Positions 61,601 through 64,000 of a DNA stretch of 64,000 bases are shown here, piece after piece (the first letter of the stretch is position 1; the number at the start of each line of letters is the position of its first letter). The position numbers and the translations under genes were made by a program. Origin of the DNA: Eledone cirrhosa (Eukaryota); the NCBI GenBank assembly GCA_964016885.1, contig OZ024744.1:127224001-127288000 (forward strand). The letters are read 5' to 3'. The notes beneath the pieces are model-generated. The model saw only the letters and a program-made list of their open reading frames with translations, did no database searches and was not told where the DNA came from.

Positions 61601-64000
61601 GTTAAGTTAAGTTGGGGTTAAGTTAAGTTGGGGTTAAGTTAAGTTGGGGTTAAGTTAAGTTGGGGGTAAGTTAAGTTGGGGGCAAGTTAAGTTGGGGTTA
61701 AGTTAAGTTGGGGTTAAGTTAAGTTGGGGTTAAGTTAAGTTAGGGTTAATTTCAGTTGGGGTTATGTTAAGTTGGCGTTAGGTTAAGTTGGGGTTAAGTT
61801 AAAGTTGGGGTTAAGTTAAGTTGGGGTAAAGTTAAGTTAGGGTTAAATTAAGTTGGGGTTCAGTTAAGTTGGGGTTAAATTAAGTTGGGGTTAAGTTAAG
61901 TTGGGGTTAGTTAAGTTGGGGTTAAGTTAAGTTGGGGTTAAATTAAGTTGGGGTTAAGTTAAGTTGGGGTTCAGTTAAGTTGGGGTTAAGTTAAGTTGGC
62001 GTTAAGTTAAGTTGGGGTTAAGTTAAGTTGGGGTTAAGTTAAGTTGGGGTTAAGTTAAGTTGGGGTTAAGTTAAGTTGGGGTTAAGTTAAGTTGGAGTTA
62101 AGTCAAGTTGGGGTTAAGTCAAGTTGGGGTTAAGACAAGTTGGGGTTAAGTCAAGTTGGGGTTAAGTTAAGTTGGGGTTAAGTTAAGTTGGGGTTAAGTT
62201 AAGTTGGGGGTAAGTTAAGTTGGGTGTAAGTTAAGTTGGGGTTAAGTTAAGTTGGGGTTCAGTTCAGTTGGGGTTAAGTTAAGTTGGGGTTAAGTTAAGC
62301 TGGGGGTAAGTTAAGTTGGGGTTAAGTTAAGTTGGGGTTAAGTTAAGTTAGGGTTAAGTTAAGTTGGGGTTAAGTTAAGTTGGAGTTAAGTTAAGTTGGG
62401 GTTAAGCTAAGTTGGGGTTCAGTTAAGTTGGGGTTAAGTTAATTTGGGGCTGAGTTAAGTTGGGGTTAAGTTAAGTTCGGGTTGAGTTAAGTTGGGGGTA
62501 AGTTAAGTTGGGGTTAAGTTAAGTTGGGGTTAAGTTAAGTTGGGGTTAAGACAAGTTGGGGTTAAGTTAAGTTGGGGTTAATTTAAGTTGGGGTTGAGTT
62601 AATTTGGGTTTAAGTTAAGTTGGGCTTAACTTAAGTTGGGGTTAAGTTAAGTTGGGGTTAAGTTAAGTTGGGGGTAAGTTAAGTTGGGGGCAAGTTAAGT
62701 TGGGGTTAATTTAAGTTGGGGTTAAGTTAAGTTGGGGTTATGTTAAGTTGGGGTTAAGTTAAGTTGGGGTTAAGTTAAGTTGGGGGTAACTTAAGTTGGG
62801 GTTAAGTTAAGTTGGGGTTAAGTTAAGTTGAGGGTAAGTTAAGTTGAGGGTAAGTTAAGTTGAGGTTAAGTTAAGTTGGGGTTAAGTTAAGTTGGGGGTA
62901 AGTTAAGTTGGGGGTAAGTTAAGTTGGGGTTAAGTTAAGTTGGGGTTAAATTAAGTTGAGGTTAAGTTAATTTGGGGTTAAGTTGGGGTTAAGTTAAGTT
63001 GGGGGTAAGATAAGTTGGGGCTAAGTTAAGTTGGGGCTAAGTCAAGTTGGGGTTAAGTCAAGTTGAGGTTAACTTAAGTTGGGGTTAAGTTAAGTTGGGG
63101 TTAAGTTAAGTTGGGGCTAAGTTAAGTTGGGGCTAAGTTAAGTTGGGGCTGAGTTAAGTTGGGGTTAAGTTAAGTTGGGGTTAAGTTAAGTTAGAGTTAA
63201 TTTCAGTTGGGGTTATGTTAAGTTGGGGTTAAGTTAAAGTTGGGGTTAAGTTAAGTTGGGGTAAAGTTAAGTTAGGGTTAAGTTAAGTTGGGGTTAAGTT
63301 AAGTTGGGCTTAAATTAAGTTGGGGTTTAGTTAAGTTGGGGTTAAGTTAAGTTGGGGTTAAATTAAGTTGGGGTTCAGTTAAGTTGGGGTTAAATTAAGT
63401 TGGGGTTAAGTTAAGTTGGGGTTAAGTTAAGTTGGGGTTAAGTTAAGTTGGGGTTAAGTTAAGTTGGGGTTAAGTTAAGTTGGGGTTAAGTTAAGTTGGG
63501 GTTAAGTTAAGTTGGGTTTAAGTTAAGTTGGGGCTAAGTTAAGTTGGGGCTAAGTTAAGTTGGGGCTGAGTTAAGTTGGGGTTAACTTAAGTTGGGGTTA
63601 AGTTGGGGTTAAATTAAGTTGGGGGTTAGTTAAGTTGGGGCAAGTTAAGTTGGGGTTAATTTAAGTTGGGGTTAAGTTGGGGTTAAATTAAGTTGGGGTT
63701 AAGTTAAGTTGGGGTTGAGGTAAGTTGGGGTTATGTTAAGTTGGGGCTAAGTTAAGTTGGGGCTAAGTTAAGTTGGGGCTGAGTTAAGTTGGGGTTAAGT
63801 TAAGTTGGGGTTGAGTTAAGTTGGGGTTAAGTTAAGTTGGGATTAAGTTAAGTTGGGGTTAAGTTAAGTTCGGCTTGAGTTAAGTTGGGGTTAAGTTAAG
63901 TTGGGGTTAATTTAAGTTGGGGTTAAGTTAAGTTGGGGTTAAGATAAGTTGGGGTTAAGTTAAGTTGGGGTTAAGTTAAGTTTGGGTTGAGTTAATTTGG
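52601..64000 (+). repeat. 12.4-kb higher-order repeat, copy B (truncated by the window end)
   Basis: Markers at 55581, 58173, 59107 (GAGATATG), 60222 (TTAATTAA) and 62134 (GACAAG) are each 12,406 bp from copy A. The offset becomes 12,374 after a 32-bp indel (TTAGAG 50817 vs 63191). Confidence 0.9.

Larger units (their letters stand above)
1..64000 (+). repeat. Tandem satellite / telomere-like array, 16-bp consensus TTAAGTTAAGTTGGGG (about 4,000 copies, single orientation, extends past both window edges)
   Basis: Period read directly (GGGG at 1921-1924, next at 1937-1940; pure run about 1900-2050). Variants include point substitutions, 11-bp units (TTAAGTTGGGG, e.g. 300-310), 15-bp and 17-bp units. 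The + strand consensus is T6 A4 G6 C0. Confidence 0.99.

Noticed and set aside
1-64000. Protein-coding ORFs or a repetitive protein gene
   Set aside because: TTAA is palindromic and occurs twice per 16 bp. Because 16 is not a multiple of 3, TAA stops hit all six frames within about 48 bp.
1-64000. CRISPR array or iteron cluster
   Set aside because: There are no unique spacers and no cas or rep genes; units are contiguous over 64 kb.
1-64000. Freshly telomerase-synthesised terminal tract or Tetrahymena-type telomere
   Set aside because: TTGGGG is not tandem, variants are inherited at exact multi-kb periods, and no end lies in the window.
1-64000. Variants as sequencing noise
   Set aside because: The same rare variants recur in the same order at exact offsets (11,263; 12,406; 2,961). 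Copy number could still be misassembled.

Overview
The whole 64-kb window is one uninterrupted, head-to-tail tandem array (about 4,000 monomers) of a G-rich 16-bp unit, TTAAG-TTAAG-TTGGGG. I see no genes, RNA genes, transposon insertions, inversions or unique sequence; TAA stops occur in all six frames. It looks like eukaryotic satellite or telomere-like DNA, and the organism cannot be identified from the sequence. The interesting signal is in rare monomer variants, which act as barcodes for a nested higher-order repeat (HOR) structure. This comprises a three-copy 11,263-bp HOR (~3.5-37.4 kb) with a chimeric middle copy and a mappable crossover, and a second 12,406-bp HOR (~35.5 kb to the end) whose first copy carries an extra 4.6-kb tandem duplication. 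There are also ~3-kb and ~5.5-kb duplications and older sub-kb variant cassettes. Offsets were counted by hand from marker variants, and block boundaries are approximate.
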